64,000 nt of DNA, taken from contig OZ024756.1 in the NCBI GenBank assembly GCA_964016885.1, positions 20,646,001-20,710,000 of the forward strand. The letters run 5' to 3'. The position numbers were made by a program, and so were the translations under genes. The notes beneath the pieces were generated by a model that was not told where the DNA came from, did no database searches, and was given only the letters and a program-made list of their open reading frames with translations. This DNA comes from Eledone cirrhosa. Its lineage: Eukaryota. Numbering within the stretch: position 1 is the first letter of the stretch; each line of letters begins with the position of its first letter. Shown here piece after piece: positions 1 to 12,400 of the stretch.

Positions 1-488
1 TAATATTGAAGCTATGAGATTGTGATGTTATTTATTTTGAGAACAGTACCTTAGCATTGATATGAATGGGCAATTACGGTTGGTTTGAACAAAAAGAGGC
101 TAGAGGATTCTGGCCAGATGCTAATATAGAGCCACAATCAATACAAACCTTTAGCTATGGAACTGAAACTTCTATCATGAGATTTCTTACATAACATTAA
201 TGGTTTTTAATTACTCTTGAGAATAATTATTAGCAGGTTGGTATTTAGAACATAGCTTAACAAAGGTTTTTTTAGATAAATATAAACACATTAAAACAAA
301 GTTTTGTGTCTTATTTCTAGGGGCAGTTTCAGGCATGTTGATAATAAAAAAGGGTCAAATCATTTTCATAGGTTTTTAGATAAATATAAACACATTAAAA
401 CAAAGTTTTGTGCCGTATTTCCAGGAGCAGTTTCAGGCGTGTTGATATCAAAAGGGTTAAGTTATTTTTATTCATATTTCATGTATAG

Positions 489-616
489 AACTGCCAGCTG
501 GAAAATCTGTTCGTATATTAGTTGGATTTACAAATGGTGGTAAGGCTGACTTCACAGTTGACACGATGGAAGCATCCCTTAGATATCCCCAAGACTTCTC
601 ATTTTATATCCAAAAT
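489..616 (+). CDS. SSR1: SSR1 internal coding exon
   Basis: tatag|AACTG...CAAAAT|gtaagt; encodes LPAGKSVRILVGFTN...RYPQDFSFYIQN. Confidence 0.93.
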
Positions 617-3600
617 GTAAGTATATCAATTTCCTGAAATATAATTCTTTATTGTGTATGTGATTATGTTTTTGAATTCTTTTTTTAAAAAAAAAGCCTC
701 ACAGTATAGTGTGTGTGTGTGTGTAAGATGTCATATATATCTATCATCATCATCATGGTCCCCTAACCCCTCTCGGGGTTGTTGGGACACTGCAGTGCCA
801 AATGCTGCACCAACTGCCTCCATCTTTGGCAGTCATGGGGCAGGTGCTTGGGTTGTGGCAAAGTTCTTCCCTGTTCACTGCTGCTTGTTTCTCCTGCCTT
901 CTCTTCCTTTGCACTGTTCCTTGGAGAGTTGTCTTAGAGAGTCTGACTGCTCTTGTCACATGTCCACACCACCTCAACTTTCTCCTCTTCACCGTGGTCA
1001 ACAAACAGACATTAAATAATGATGATAATGTTAGTGATTATATCTATCAATAATTATACAGAATATTTGATAGAAAGATCTGTATTTTAATGTAGAAATT
1101 GATAGAAAGATCATCAAGGTGCATAGAATAATGTACAAATGTCAGGAAAGTGAACAGTGTATGAGTCATGATATACACACGCAGATACATGAGTGCGTGT
1201 GTATGGCGGGGGGAATATCGGGTTTACTGTTGGCGAATTTCGGAAAGCATGGAGGTTTTAAAGGATGCAGTGTCCTGACAGCTAATAACCGATGCAGGTA
1301 GCTTGTTCCATGGTTCAGCAACTACGAGTATGAAAAAATGTTTCCGAAAGTCATGGGAGCTGTTTTGTTTTCTGACTTTGTAGGCATGCCCACGGATGTT
1401 AGACATTTGGATTTAAAAAAGGTCCTCAGGGTTGTTGTTGGCAAGATGGAACATAGATATTGATTTCTCTAAATTTCAGGCAAGATTCTGCAGAGTTTCT
1501 TGTCGAAAGGGATTCTTATTTTCACTGAAATTCATGACAATTTCTTTAGATCCAGATGCTGGTATTGCTTCGTGCTTTCATCTCTGATTTCTTGGAATAG
1601 TTCCCTCATCACCTTTTAACGTCCATTTTCCCACACTAACATGGGTTAGACGAGTTGTCCCATTGTGAGATATGTCAGATCAGGTGACTGTTTCTGTGGC
1701 TGGATGCCCTTCCTAACACCGACCACATTTACAGTGTGAACTGGGTGCTTTTTATTGTGACACCTACATGACCACTTTACAGGGTGGACTGGGTGCTTTT
1801 TGTTATGTCACCAACCTGACCACTTTACAGTGTGGACTGTCATCAATCTGACCACATTCCTAATTAAATTTATTAAGTAGGAATTTTTAAAATCAATTTG
1901 ATTAACTGTGTTTATGTTAAAATTCTATTCTAGGAGAGCCAGATGTTCCAAGGTAGGTAATTTCTCCCTGTCTGTGACTGGTATCATTTAACAGTTAAGC
2001 CTGCTGTATGCTTATTGTTTGCTGCTGCTAGCTTTGCTAAAACCTACTGAAGATTAAAACATTAGTTTCTTTGAGGTCAATAACATCACCATATGCTGTC
2101 TAAATTGACCAAAAGGTAAAAATATACCACAGAAGACTGACCAAAGGAAAGATATTCAATGGAAGACTGACCGAGAGGTATAAATATTCAACAGAAGACT
2201 GACCAAAGAGTGTAGATATTCAACAGAAGACTGACCAAAGGGTGTAGATATTCAACAGAAGACTGACCAAAGAGTAGATATTCAACAGAAGACTGACCAA
2301 AGGGTGTAGATATTCAACAGAAGACTGACCAAAGAGTGTAGATATTCAACAGAAGACTGACCAAAGGGTGTAGATATTCAACAGAAGACTGACCAAAGGG
2401 TGTAGATATTCAACAGAAGACTGACCAAAGGATGTAGATATTCAACAGAAGACTGACCAAAGGGTGTAGATATTCAACAGAAGACTGACCAAAGGGTGTA
2501 GATATTCAACAGAAGACTGACCAAAGGGTGTAGATATTCAACAGAAGACTGACCAAAGAGTGTAGATATTCAACAGAAGACTGACCAAAGTGTAGATATT
2601 CAACAGAAGACTGACCAAAGTGTGTAGATATTCAACAGAAGACTGACCAAAGGGTGTAGATATTCAACAGAAGACTGACCAAAGGATGTAGATATTCAAC
2701 AGAAGACTGACCAAAGGGTGTAGATATTCAACAGAAGACTGACCAAAGAGTGTAGATATTCAACAGAAGACTGACCAAAGGGTGTAGATATTCAACAGAA
2801 GACTGACCAAAGGGTGTAGATATTCAACAGAAGACTGACCAAAGGGTGTAGATATTCAACAGAAGACTGACCAAAGGGTGTAGATATTCAACAGAAGACT
2901 GACCAAAGGGTGTAGATATTCAACAGAAGACTGACCAAAGGGTGTAGATATTCAACAGAAGACTGACCAAAGGGTGTAGATATTCAACAGAAGACTGACC
3001 AAAGGGTGTAGATATTCAACAGAAGACTGACCAAAGAGTGTAGATATTCAACAGAAGACTGACCAAAGGATGTAGATATTTAACAAGTGACTGACCATAG
3101 GTATGAATATATTTAACAGGCAATTGACCGAAAGATATATATATTCCATAGGAGATTGACCAAAAGGGTATAGATATGTAACAGAAGACTGTCCAAAGGG
3201 TATATTTAAGTGTCTCGATCCAAAGGTATAGACAGTCAACAGAAATAAATGGGTGTAGAATGTTGGTCAGATTAAATCAAGGCTGCTTACTTTCTAAAAA
3301 AAGCTTTATTATTGTCGTACTCATGGATGATTCATGAGAAACAAATGTGCATAAATTAAATAAAACATCTATTTAATAAATTTCAATTTCTTTCAGTTCA
3401 CCACAGTTCGTTATAACCAAGCTATAGAACCCAAAAGACAGGCCAGCTTTGAATATGAATTTATCCCTAATGAAGCTTTACATGCTCGTCCCTTTGGGCT
3501 TGTTTTGAATATAAATTACCAAGATGCAGTAAGTATGAATTTTATATATTTTCTTCTTCATCCACTTATTCCAGTCAGAGCAACTGTTTCCAATTAATCC

Positions 3601-6600
3601 AGCTGGATCCTCAAGCGAGACCAGCCAAGCTCATGGATGTTATCCAACCATCTTGCTTGGGGTCTATTCCTGGATCGCATGCTGGTTGGTTTTCCCAGTA
3701 ATGCTTTCCTTAATCCTGTTCAAACCAGCCATAACCAGCCACTCATACTGACATTAAGGTAGTCTCAAAATCTCATAGATTCAATATTATGTGAGATAAA
3801 GCCTTTACTACGAAAATACAATAGTATCATCATCATCATCGTTTAAAGTATATATAGAGTAATGTAAATGCTAAAGGGTTAAACATTCTAACCATTAAGA
3901 AGGTACAAGCAATATTCACTGAGTCATTAGATAACATCCAAACAGCTACACCAAGCTAACCATTACTACAGTAAATTTTAACATCGCTGTGGAACTAAAC
4001 TATAAATAACTATAAGCTAATAATATCTCTGGGTAATCTTTCTCTGATGAAGGTCTAAGACAGAGGTTCTCAAACTTTTGGGGCCACCGCTCCCCTCACA
4101 GCCACGTAATACCCTCAGCGCCCCCAACCCTATTTCCAGAGACTCCTCCCTACACGCAAATTGTAAATAATATGTATAAATAAATATTATATATTTTTTA
4201 TTTTACTATATTTATATGTATCATTTGATATTTAATATACTATTATATCATCCCTACCACCCCTTTATGCCCCAGTGCCCCCCTGGACCTTCTCAACACC
4301 CCCTGGGGAGCAGTAGCGCCTACTTTGAGAATCTCTGGTCTAAGAAGACAAGAAACTTGCCAGATCAACCCCACTTCTGAACACAGATATAACATGTAAT
4401 GTATATAGTGAGCTTAAAATTGTTTGTTTATTAAAAAGATACAACTTATGTTGAAATTTAAATTATCCAAAAACACTCTGTATTGCATCATAAAATACAC
4501 TAACATGCATACACTGAGTTTATGGCTTCTGTGCATTTGCTTAGGTGACAGTACTGTTACCTGGTCAACTGCAGAGAAATGAGCAACTCAGGGTAACATG
4601 GTGTAGTCCAATAAAGTTAATGTACACATCTATAGTTTCACAGGGTGTATTTTCAGAACATTTGTTGGTCTAACCGACTATATAATTCATTTTTTCTTCT
4701 ATCTTTTCAGGAAGGTAACTTTTACCAGACTGCCGTGTTCAATGAAACCGTCACTATTGTTGAAGCTGATGAGGGCCTCGATGGGGAGACGTAAGTAATA
4801 AGTATTTCTATTCACGCTGTAAAGTAGTTGGTGATAGGATGGCCATCCAGCCATAATAAGCTTGTTAAACAAAGGACTGGAAGGACTCTTCAGTCTTGTC
4901 AAGGACATGGCAACCTCCCTAGTGTTGGTGTCAATACATTATAAACGCACCATTAACACTGTAAAGTGGTTGGTAATAGGAAGGGCATCCAGCCATAGAT
5001 AGCTTATCAAACAAAGGGTTGAGTGGACCCTCAGTTGTTTCAAAGACATGACAACCTCTCCTGTGCACTCAGTAGAACGCAAGACCATCATACATAAGTG
5101 AGGCACAGATCCCTGGCCTGTCTGGGAGGTCAGTAGACCCGTTTCAGTACTGACTTGGTCTATGTAGACCTGTCCAACTCTTGCTAGCAGGGAAAATGGA
5201 CATTAAAATGATGATGATGGTGGTGGTAAAAGCTATAACCACATTTACCAAATTTAAATACCTACTTTTGGACTCAGTTTAATCTGTTTTCCCTTCTATC
5301 AAGGGTTGGACAGGTTGTCACATGAAGTCAGTATTCAGTTGGGGCCACTGATCTTGCATTCTAAAGTACCATCACCATGTATTTTATCATGGCACTAGCA
5401 CTAGGGAGACTCTTGTCATTGATCCTATGTTTGGCATATTTGCCGTGGTTGGATGCTCTTCCTATCACCAACCACTTTACAAAGTCACAAAAGGGTTAGT
5501 GTAGTTTACAGATTTTGGTTGGGATTTGGTCTTTTTATATATCTTGTTTTTGTTTTTCTTTTCAGTTTCTTCCTCTATGTTTTCTTGGCTGCTGTCATTG
5601 TTTTGATACTCGTTGGAGCCCAGCAACTTCTGTCTTCATTTGGCGTAAGTAGAAACAAATTTTTATTAAGTCCAAAGCCAGAGTGAATGGTGCACAGATC
5701 TTTCAGTTTCCACAAGATTTGATTTCATATACCACACTAAATATTGCTTCCTCCAGTCTGTATATCATATACCACACCAAATATTGCTTCCGATATTCTA
5801 TATTTCATATACCAGACCAAACATTACTTCCTACAGTCTATATTTCATATACCACACCAAATATTGCTTCCTACTGTATATATTTCATATACCACCAAAT
5901 ATTGCTCTCTACAGTCTATATATCATATATCATATACCATACTGCATACTACTTCCTACAGTATATATTACTATAGCTGTTCAGGTTGCATATCAACCAT
6001 ATTGGAGTACTAGTCACACACAGGAACAGTACTATTGCTGTTCAGGTTGTATATAAACCACACCAACCATACCAATGGAACTGTAAGCAATGACACATAT
6101 CTTATTTTAGAAATTACTAATTATTACCTAAACTATTCTTTAAACTGTAGAAATATTTCTTTGAAATATGGGGCACAAGAAAGTTTGATTTAAACTTCAT
6201 TGGATTGCAGTTATTGACAAAGTTCTGAAGAGATGTTTGTTTAATTTTCAGCGCAAGAAGGGGACTGTAAAGCCAAGAGTGACTGTAGAACTTGGTACCG
6301 AGAAGAACGATGTAGACTACGACTGGCTCCCAAAGGAAATACTTCAAGAAATGAGTAAGTAATCATTACAGTATTCTTCAGTCTGATTGATATTAATCAA
6401 TCAGTCAATTAAGTTCCCACAACTGGCGCAACCAATTATTAGGGTGCCACTCTATATGTTTGACTGTGTCCTCCTCATTGTAACTGGTGCAGTCAGTTGT
6501 TAGGGTGCCACTATGTTTTACTATGTCTATCATGGCATTTGAATAGCCTTAGAAATATTTAGCTGTGCCCATCTTGTAACTGGTGCAGTCAGTAGTTAGG

Positions 6601-7182
6601 GGCCACACTATGTCCTCCGTCATGGCTTTTTTCTGTACATGAGTTTAATAACCAGCGGTTTAACATTTTCCAAATCAACAATTCTGAGATTAGAACACTG
6701 TGAAACTCTGTCAGAAATAAAGTACTCAATTCAAACTTAGTGTCTAACAAATTATTGGACATTTTTTTTCCCTCTGAGAAAAGGGAATAACATGTAAACC
6801 AGAGATCACTTTGTCAGGGTTTCAATAAATGTGTCTACTGGTATCATCAACATTAACATCTATTTTTCAATACCTGCATGGGTTAGATAAGTTGTCATGC
6901 TAGACAGGTCAAACATTCCATTTTTAGTTTGGTTTTCTATGTTTTGATGCCCTTCCTAATGCCAACTACATTTCAGAGTGGATTGGGAGGCTTTTGTCAT
7001 GGCACCAGCACTATCACCTTTTATGGGTAGAGCGGGATGGGATGTTTGTTTTTTGGTGTGTATTTATAATATTTTTACTTTTTTTTTTTTTTCCAGACCG
7101 TTCTCCTCGCCGAGGGACCCCAAAGGTATCACCAAGAAAGCGTCGTCAAAACAAGCGCTTTACAGGAGCTGGAGAAGAATAA
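489..7182 (+). CDS. SSR1: Translocon-associated protein subunit alpha (TRAP-alpha), 3' part; six coding exons, 5' exons lie outside the window
   Basis: Exons 489-616, 3397-3528, 4711-4790, 5566-5644, 6252-6354, 7097-7182 have AG acceptors, GT donors on the five internal exons, and consistent phases. Spliced translation LPAGKSVRILVGFTNGGKADFTVDTMEASLRYPQDFSFYIQN-FTTVRYNQAIEPKRQASFEYEFIPNEALHARPFGLVLNINYQDA-EGNFYQTAVFNETVTIVEADEGLDGET-FFLYVFLAAVIVLILVGAQQLLSSFG-RKKG...NDVDYDWLPKEILQEM-NRSPRRGTPKVSPRKRRQNKRFTGAGEE* matches TRAP-alpha hallmarks (RYPQD..YIQNFT, RPFGL, EGLDGET, TM helix, basic tail). Confidence 0.96.
745..995 (-). mobile_element. RTE-clade LINE 3' fragment
   Basis: ORF 753-1004 reads KRRKLRWCGHVTR...KTTLQGTV, typical of the RTE ORF2 C-terminus; ends in a (TGA)n tail. 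Confidence 0.75.
1180..1445 (-). mobile_element. CR1/L2-type LINE 3' fragment
   Basis: ORF 1224-1406 reads RGHAYKV...FRKHFF..VAEPWNKLPASV, the CR1-family C-terminal motif. Confidence 0.8.
2105..3240. repeat. 32-bp minisatellite (TATTCAACAGAAGACTGACCAAAGGGTGTAGA)n, about 28 near-identical copies with degenerate edges, in an SSR1 intron
   Basis: Directly visible tandem array; homogeneous core about 2185-3080. Confidence 0.97.
3397..3528 (+). CDS. SSR1: SSR1 internal coding exon
   Basis: tttcag|TTC...GCA|gtaagt; FTTVRYNQ...RPFGLVLNINYQDA. Confidence 0.95.
4061..4337. mobile_element. hAT/Charlie-like MITE (277 bp)
   Basis: TIRs CAGAGGTTCTCAAACT / ACTTTGAGAATCTCTG; exact 8-bp TSD GTCTAAGA at 4053-4060 and 4338-4345. 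Confidence 0.92.
4711..4790 (+). CDS. SSR1: SSR1 internal coding exon
   Basis: ttttcag|GAA...GAC|gtaagt; EGNFYQTAVFNETVTIVEADEGLDGE. Confidence 0.95.
5566..5644 (+). CDS. SSR1: SSR1 exon encoding the transmembrane helix
   Basis: ttttcag|TTT...GGC|gtaagt; FFLYVFLAAVIVLILVGAQQLLSSFG. Confidence 0.95.
5722..5965. repeat. 40-bp degenerate minisatellite (CATATACCACACCAAATATTGCTTCCTACTGTATATATTT)n, about 6 copies
   Basis: CATATACC recurs at 5726, 5766, 5806, 5846, 5886. Confidence 0.85.
6252..6354 (+). CDS. SSR1: SSR1 internal coding exon
   Basis: ttttcag|CGC...ATGA|gtaagt; RKKGTVKPRVTVELGTEKNDVDYDWLPKEILQEM. Confidence 0.95.
7097..7182 (+). CDS. SSR1: SSR1 terminal coding exon
   Basis: poly-T ccag|AC...GAA TAA; RSPRRGTPKVSPRKRRQNKRFTGAGEE*; AATAAA follows near 7268 and 7352. 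Confidence 0.94.
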
Positions 7183-7559
7183 CGGAGTTGTTAATTAAAC
7201 CAAGATTAACAATTCTTAAATTTTCTCCTTGTCATGTTATTAGGAGAGAAACTTTTCTACTTCTAAAAATAAAATTTATTCCCCGAAAAAAGTCCAAGTT
7301 TCCAAAATGTTTAGGTAGGATTTTCTCCTTGTATGAATGTTGAGCTAGAGGAATAAAAGGACTTAATTTCTAACTAAATTCTTCCTTTTCTTTTTTTAAC
7401 CATCTTGTTTTGTTTTTTTCCTTCATAAATATTAAAAATCTATCCTCAAAATTGACGACATTTTGATTATAGAAAAATGATTTTTTTTTTTTTTTTTTAC
7501 TACAAATATACAAACATCGAAAAGTGGACGCTAAATAATGATGATGATATAGAAGAGAC

Positions 7560-8190
7560 TGACAAGTTCTGCTTCAGGTTGGCAGGAGGATGATTTAATT
7601 TCATTGGTCACAAAAAAAAATCAGTGCAGTCTTGGAAAGGTCTTCAGGAGGACACAGCCGTCATCAAAGCAACAAGTTTTGACTTGGAAGGTTGGTTAAG
7701 AGCTGTGGACAGGTCAGATCTCCTGGGAAGATTCAAGGTTTAGATTTACAAGCATGGGATCCTCTGGCTCCTACTCATCTATCAAGTCCTCATGTAGTGG
7801 AGAGCTTCAAAAGCAAGGTGCATAGTCATGCCACGCTATGCCATTTGAGCAGTAACAAGCTCAGACTTCCATTCAGCTCTATTGGGAAGCAGTTCATATT
7901 ATGGGTACAAGAACATCTGCAGTACATTGGAACAAGGGACTCTAAACAGAGTGAAGGCCCTTCTTGGGAGTGTGGCACAGGGTAGGGATGAACTCGGTAG
8001 CTGACATTAACCCTGATTGGGCACTACAAGCAAGAAAGACAGACAGATGTTGGTGGTGGCTTCAGTGGAGGAGAAGGGAGCAACCAGATGAGTGGCATTG
8101 GAAGTGGGGGCCCACAGAGGATCAAATGCTTGATTCAGAGAGGTCTATGATGTCCTACCCCTCTCATTCAAGTTGGGAGGACTCTACATA
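7560..8190 (+). mobile_element. Decayed LINE remnant, possibly Hero/R2-superfamily; related fragments at about 10330-10440 and 10720-10810
   Basis: Broken peptides such as PQRIKCLI..VYDVLPS, EAQINKYTRKWLGVPRRLTD and YKVGKARLLTMFENLEDKTVRS resemble REL-endonuclease LINE proteins; recognised from memory only. Confidence 0.5.
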
Positions 8191-9398
8191 AGCAGAATAT
8201 GGACTCTATGATGGTACGTATGCGGAATACAGACCCCTCGACCTGTCTGGGAGGTCAGTAGCCCCAGTCTATGTAGATCCATCTAACCCTTGTTAGCAGG
8301 GAAAGTGGGCGTTAAGTGATGATAATATAAATATCAACATACCCCCAGTGTTGCTAAGCACTCTATCAATAGCGACCTAAAACTATTAGAGAAAGACAGC
8401 AGACACACACACACACATGCTACAGCTTGGAGGATCATGTTTATTAAAGCAGCTGAACAACGGAAGAGAAGGCCGAAAAACTGTTCAGCAGGCTTGCTTG
8501 CTACAACACAAGACAAGCTGGTGACAGTTGATAGCAGGCTTGCCACAACTCAAGACAGGGTGTTGACAGTTGACCTGGAAATTCCATCACATAGCACATG
8601 TTGAGACCAGACATAATCTTGGTTTCTGACATTATACCGGCTGTTATTATACAACTGGCCTTGTGCCTAAATTAGAAATCATTAAATTACTTATTCAACA
8701 TTCTGTCACCACTTTCAGTTGTAATTATAATAAAGCAAGTGAATAAGATATTTATAATGTCCTTTCCTCACTTCAAGCCTCTTCACATACAGCAATAATG
8801 CCTCTGTAAAAATTATATTTCACAAATGGCAGAAGCAAAAGTACCATTTTTGGCAGTGATAACTTATATTCCTTTGCTAGTAAACCGAAGGGTTATGGAG
8901 TGTTGAATGCTAAACTCAGCCCTGATACTGTTCAGTGCTTACCATCCTGAATACCTTACCTCAAGGAATCATAATAGGAACGAGAGAGAGAGAGATGCTA
9001 AACAGCTTCATGATTGTTGTTGGTAAGGAAATTCTATAGGAGTAACATGAAAAAAAAGGGCCCCCAACACATGGAGATTTTACATAATGAAAGCTATACC
9101 CATTTTCACAAGAGAAGACATCTCTCAGCCACCCTAAAGGCTATTGCAAATCTCCCCGGCGGACAGGGAGAGTTCACAGGTCTGTAACATGAGTAGTGCG
9201 ATGTAGGAAGAGAGAGTAATATAGATTATCTATTTTATTTTAATCATAAAATATAAAGAAAGCCGCTCTTTATGAATATTTAATAACCCTTTCCCTAGGG
9301 ACTATCTCATATAATAGCATGTGTTTTCTAGTAAACATGTTTCACTGTCAAGCCAATCAAAAGAAGATTCTTTAAATATTGTTAAAATTTTATTTCCA

Positions 9399-9483
9399 TC
9401 AGCTATCAGCAGTGTTTAAAATATCTCCAGCTTCAGTCGAAGAGTCAAGTAGAAAGTCTTTTATATAACCTTTCTGTAGTAAG
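9399..9483 (-). CDS. CTU2: CTU2 terminal coding exon 15
   Basis: LLQKGYIKDFLLDSSTEAGDILNTADS*; atacag acceptor; AATAAA on minus strand at 9389-9394. Confidence 0.85.
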
Positions 9484-12400
9484 CTGTATAAGACAAGAAC
9501 ATTGTATACTTAACAATGTTTGATTGGTTTTTTTTTCTTAAATTTTAATATCATTTTAATCAAGAATTAAATCTCTTAAAATTTGAAAAAAAAAAAATAT
9601 TTTTTTAAATTGAAACATCATGATAAACAAAAATAGTTAGGAATTTTGGGTTAAATATAAATTTTAAATTTCCGTTTATAAAATTATGTTAATTTTATCG
9701 CAAATAATAATAACAATAAAATGAAACCAGGATTACAATTTAGTAGAAAGAACATCAAAATTTAAAAGTTAGCAATTAAACACTATCTTTTTAAAAAATC
9801 TATACATACCTTATATTTGGTTGTGTCAACTGAGTTGGTAAGAGATCTGGTTTATTCTAGTGTGAAAGAGATAAAATGCTATTTAGATATCATCAACATT
9901 TTTACGCCGGTTTGCCATGCTCTAAGTAAGTTTTCATTCATAGTTATACTGAAAACAACTTTATAGATTTCAAGATAAATAGTCTGTATAGATTGTTACT
10001 TTAACCCTCTAGCATTTAAACTGGTCAGAATTCTCTCACATCTTTCTGTTCAAACCAGCCGTAATTGACCACTCATACCAATGTAAAGGTATTGTTCTCA
10101 AAATAAATAACATCAAAATCTCGTAGCTTCGATATTATGTGAGATAAAGCCTTTACCGTGAAAATACACTAGTAAATATAGTTATATAAATGTTAAACGG
10201 TTAAAATAGTAGATCCTTAAATATTTCTAGTGGCATGTTAAGAATTTTATATTTTTAAAAAAATTTAATCTATTTATTAACAAGGAAAATATTCCCTACT
10301 GTTTTGTTACTCATTAAAATATAATCAGCTCTAGAATGGTGGAGGCCCAAATCAACAAATACACAAGGAAGTGGCTTGGTGTCCCACGCAGGCTCACTGA
10401 TCTTGTACTTTGCTGATGCTATCTCTCAAATTCATCATTGTGGAATACATCATCATCTCTGTTTAACGTCCATTTTCCACGCTGGCATGGGTTAGATGAG
10501 TTATCCTGTTGTGAGCAATGCCAGGTCAAGTGACCATGTCTTGCTCATACAGAACCGATTCTGGCTTAGTTTCTACAGCTGGATGCCCTTCCTAGCGCCA
10601 ACCTCATTTAAAGTGTGTACTGAGTACCTTTTATCGTGGCACCAAAACGACCACCTAACAGGTTGGACTGGGTGGTTTTTGTCGTGACAGCTACATGACC
10701 ATTTTACAGTGGCACACAACCACAATACAAAGTCGGAAAAGCAAGGCTCTTGACCATGTTCGAGAACTTGGAAGACAAGACCGTGAGGTCGATCTGGCCC
10801 AAGCTGAAGAAGTTAAGGGCTGAAACTCTTGCTTGAGTGGGTGGGAGGATTCTTTTCTGAAGACTTTTCTACTGTCCAGTTCTCCTGAGAGTTTCTTACG
10901 ACAAATTACAAAATTAAGTAATAGAATATATATGGAGGCACATGGCTTAGTGGTTAGAGCATTGGCCTTGCAATCGAAAGGTTGTGAGTTCAATTCTCAG
11001 ACCAGGTGATGTGTTGTTTCCTTGAGCAAGACACTTTATTTCACATTGCTCCAGTTTACTCAGCTGTAGAAATGAGATGATAGGGACAGGGTTCCCTATC
11101 ATTCCACTGCAAAGTGGTCGTGGATGTGCCACGGCAAAAAAGCACCCAGCACTCACTGTAAATGAGGTTGGTGTTAGGAAGGGCATCCAGCTGTAGAAAT
11201 CAAGCCAGCATCAGTTCCCATCCCACCCTTGCAAGCAGGGAAAAAGCGGACATAAAATGAAAATGAAAAATGAATGTGTTAGTGCTGGTGTCATGAAAAT
11301 ACACCCAGTACACCCTGTATGGTGGTTGAAACCATGATAAAGAGTCGAGAAGTCTCTTCAGTTATGTCAAGGGACAACAACCTCTTTAGTGTTGGCGATC
11401 TACACAATAAGCACACCCAGTACACACTGTAAAATGGTTGGTCATTTAAAGGGCATCCGGCTGTAGAAAACCTACTAAACAAAGGAGTCAACTGCATCAA
11501 AGACATGATAACCTTCTCGATGCTGCTAATCTACAGCAATCTATATATAAATATGTACGACTTCAATCCATCACACAATGTGCGTGTGTTTGTGTTTGTG
11601 TGAATGTATAAGTGTATAAAAGGAAGGAGGGGATGGTGAAAAAACTTTTGCTATGCTGTGTGTGGTTGTGTAAATGTGTGTTTGTGTGAATATATGTCTG
11701 TGAGTGTATTTTTGTAAGTGTGTCTGTGTTCAAGTGTTTATATTTATATAATATACTCATACATATAAATGTATGCATATGCATATGCACGTACACATCA
11801 GCATGTTGAAAAAAAAAATTCTAAATTCTAAACTACCTGGAACTGCCACTGGTTCTCAGATACAAAACTGTAAAGTGTTTATATCTACTCACCATTTCTC
11901 GTAGCATGGCTCGACAACCAAAGCATAGGCGATCATTAATATCATCATTACCATCATCATCAACATTATTGCTAAAATATAAAAATGACAGATTTTCTCA
12001 TTAGTACCTGTGAAAACTTTATGGTCAAGATTGAAAGGGTAAATTTCATAAAAATATTAAGGAAAAAAAATAATGGTGGCAGAATCTTGTTCAGATTTTT
12101 GCCACCATATTTCTAATGACATATAGTGCCAACACATGCAAACATGGAAAATTGGATGTAAAAACAATCATCATCATCATCACTGTTTAACATCCATTTT
12201 TCCATGCTTGCATGGGTCAGATAGGTCTGTAAATTTGGCCAGTGTTTTTGCAGTTGGATGCCCTTCCTAACTGATAATAATAATAATTGTTTCTACTTTT
12301 GGCACAAGGCCAGCAATTACCCAGTACGTAACTGGTACTTTATTTTATCGACCCTGTAAGGATGAAAGGCAAAGTTAACTTCGGCGGGATTTGAACTCAG

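Noticed and set aside
9052-9065. AAAAAGGGC, matching the U11 snRNA 5' end
   Set aside because: The following sequence lacks U11 stem-loops and an Sm site.
10934-11005. tRNA-like sequence with A and B boxes
   Set aside because: It is the head of a dispersed SINE continuing into a conserved body and tail; no complete cloverleaf acceptor stem.
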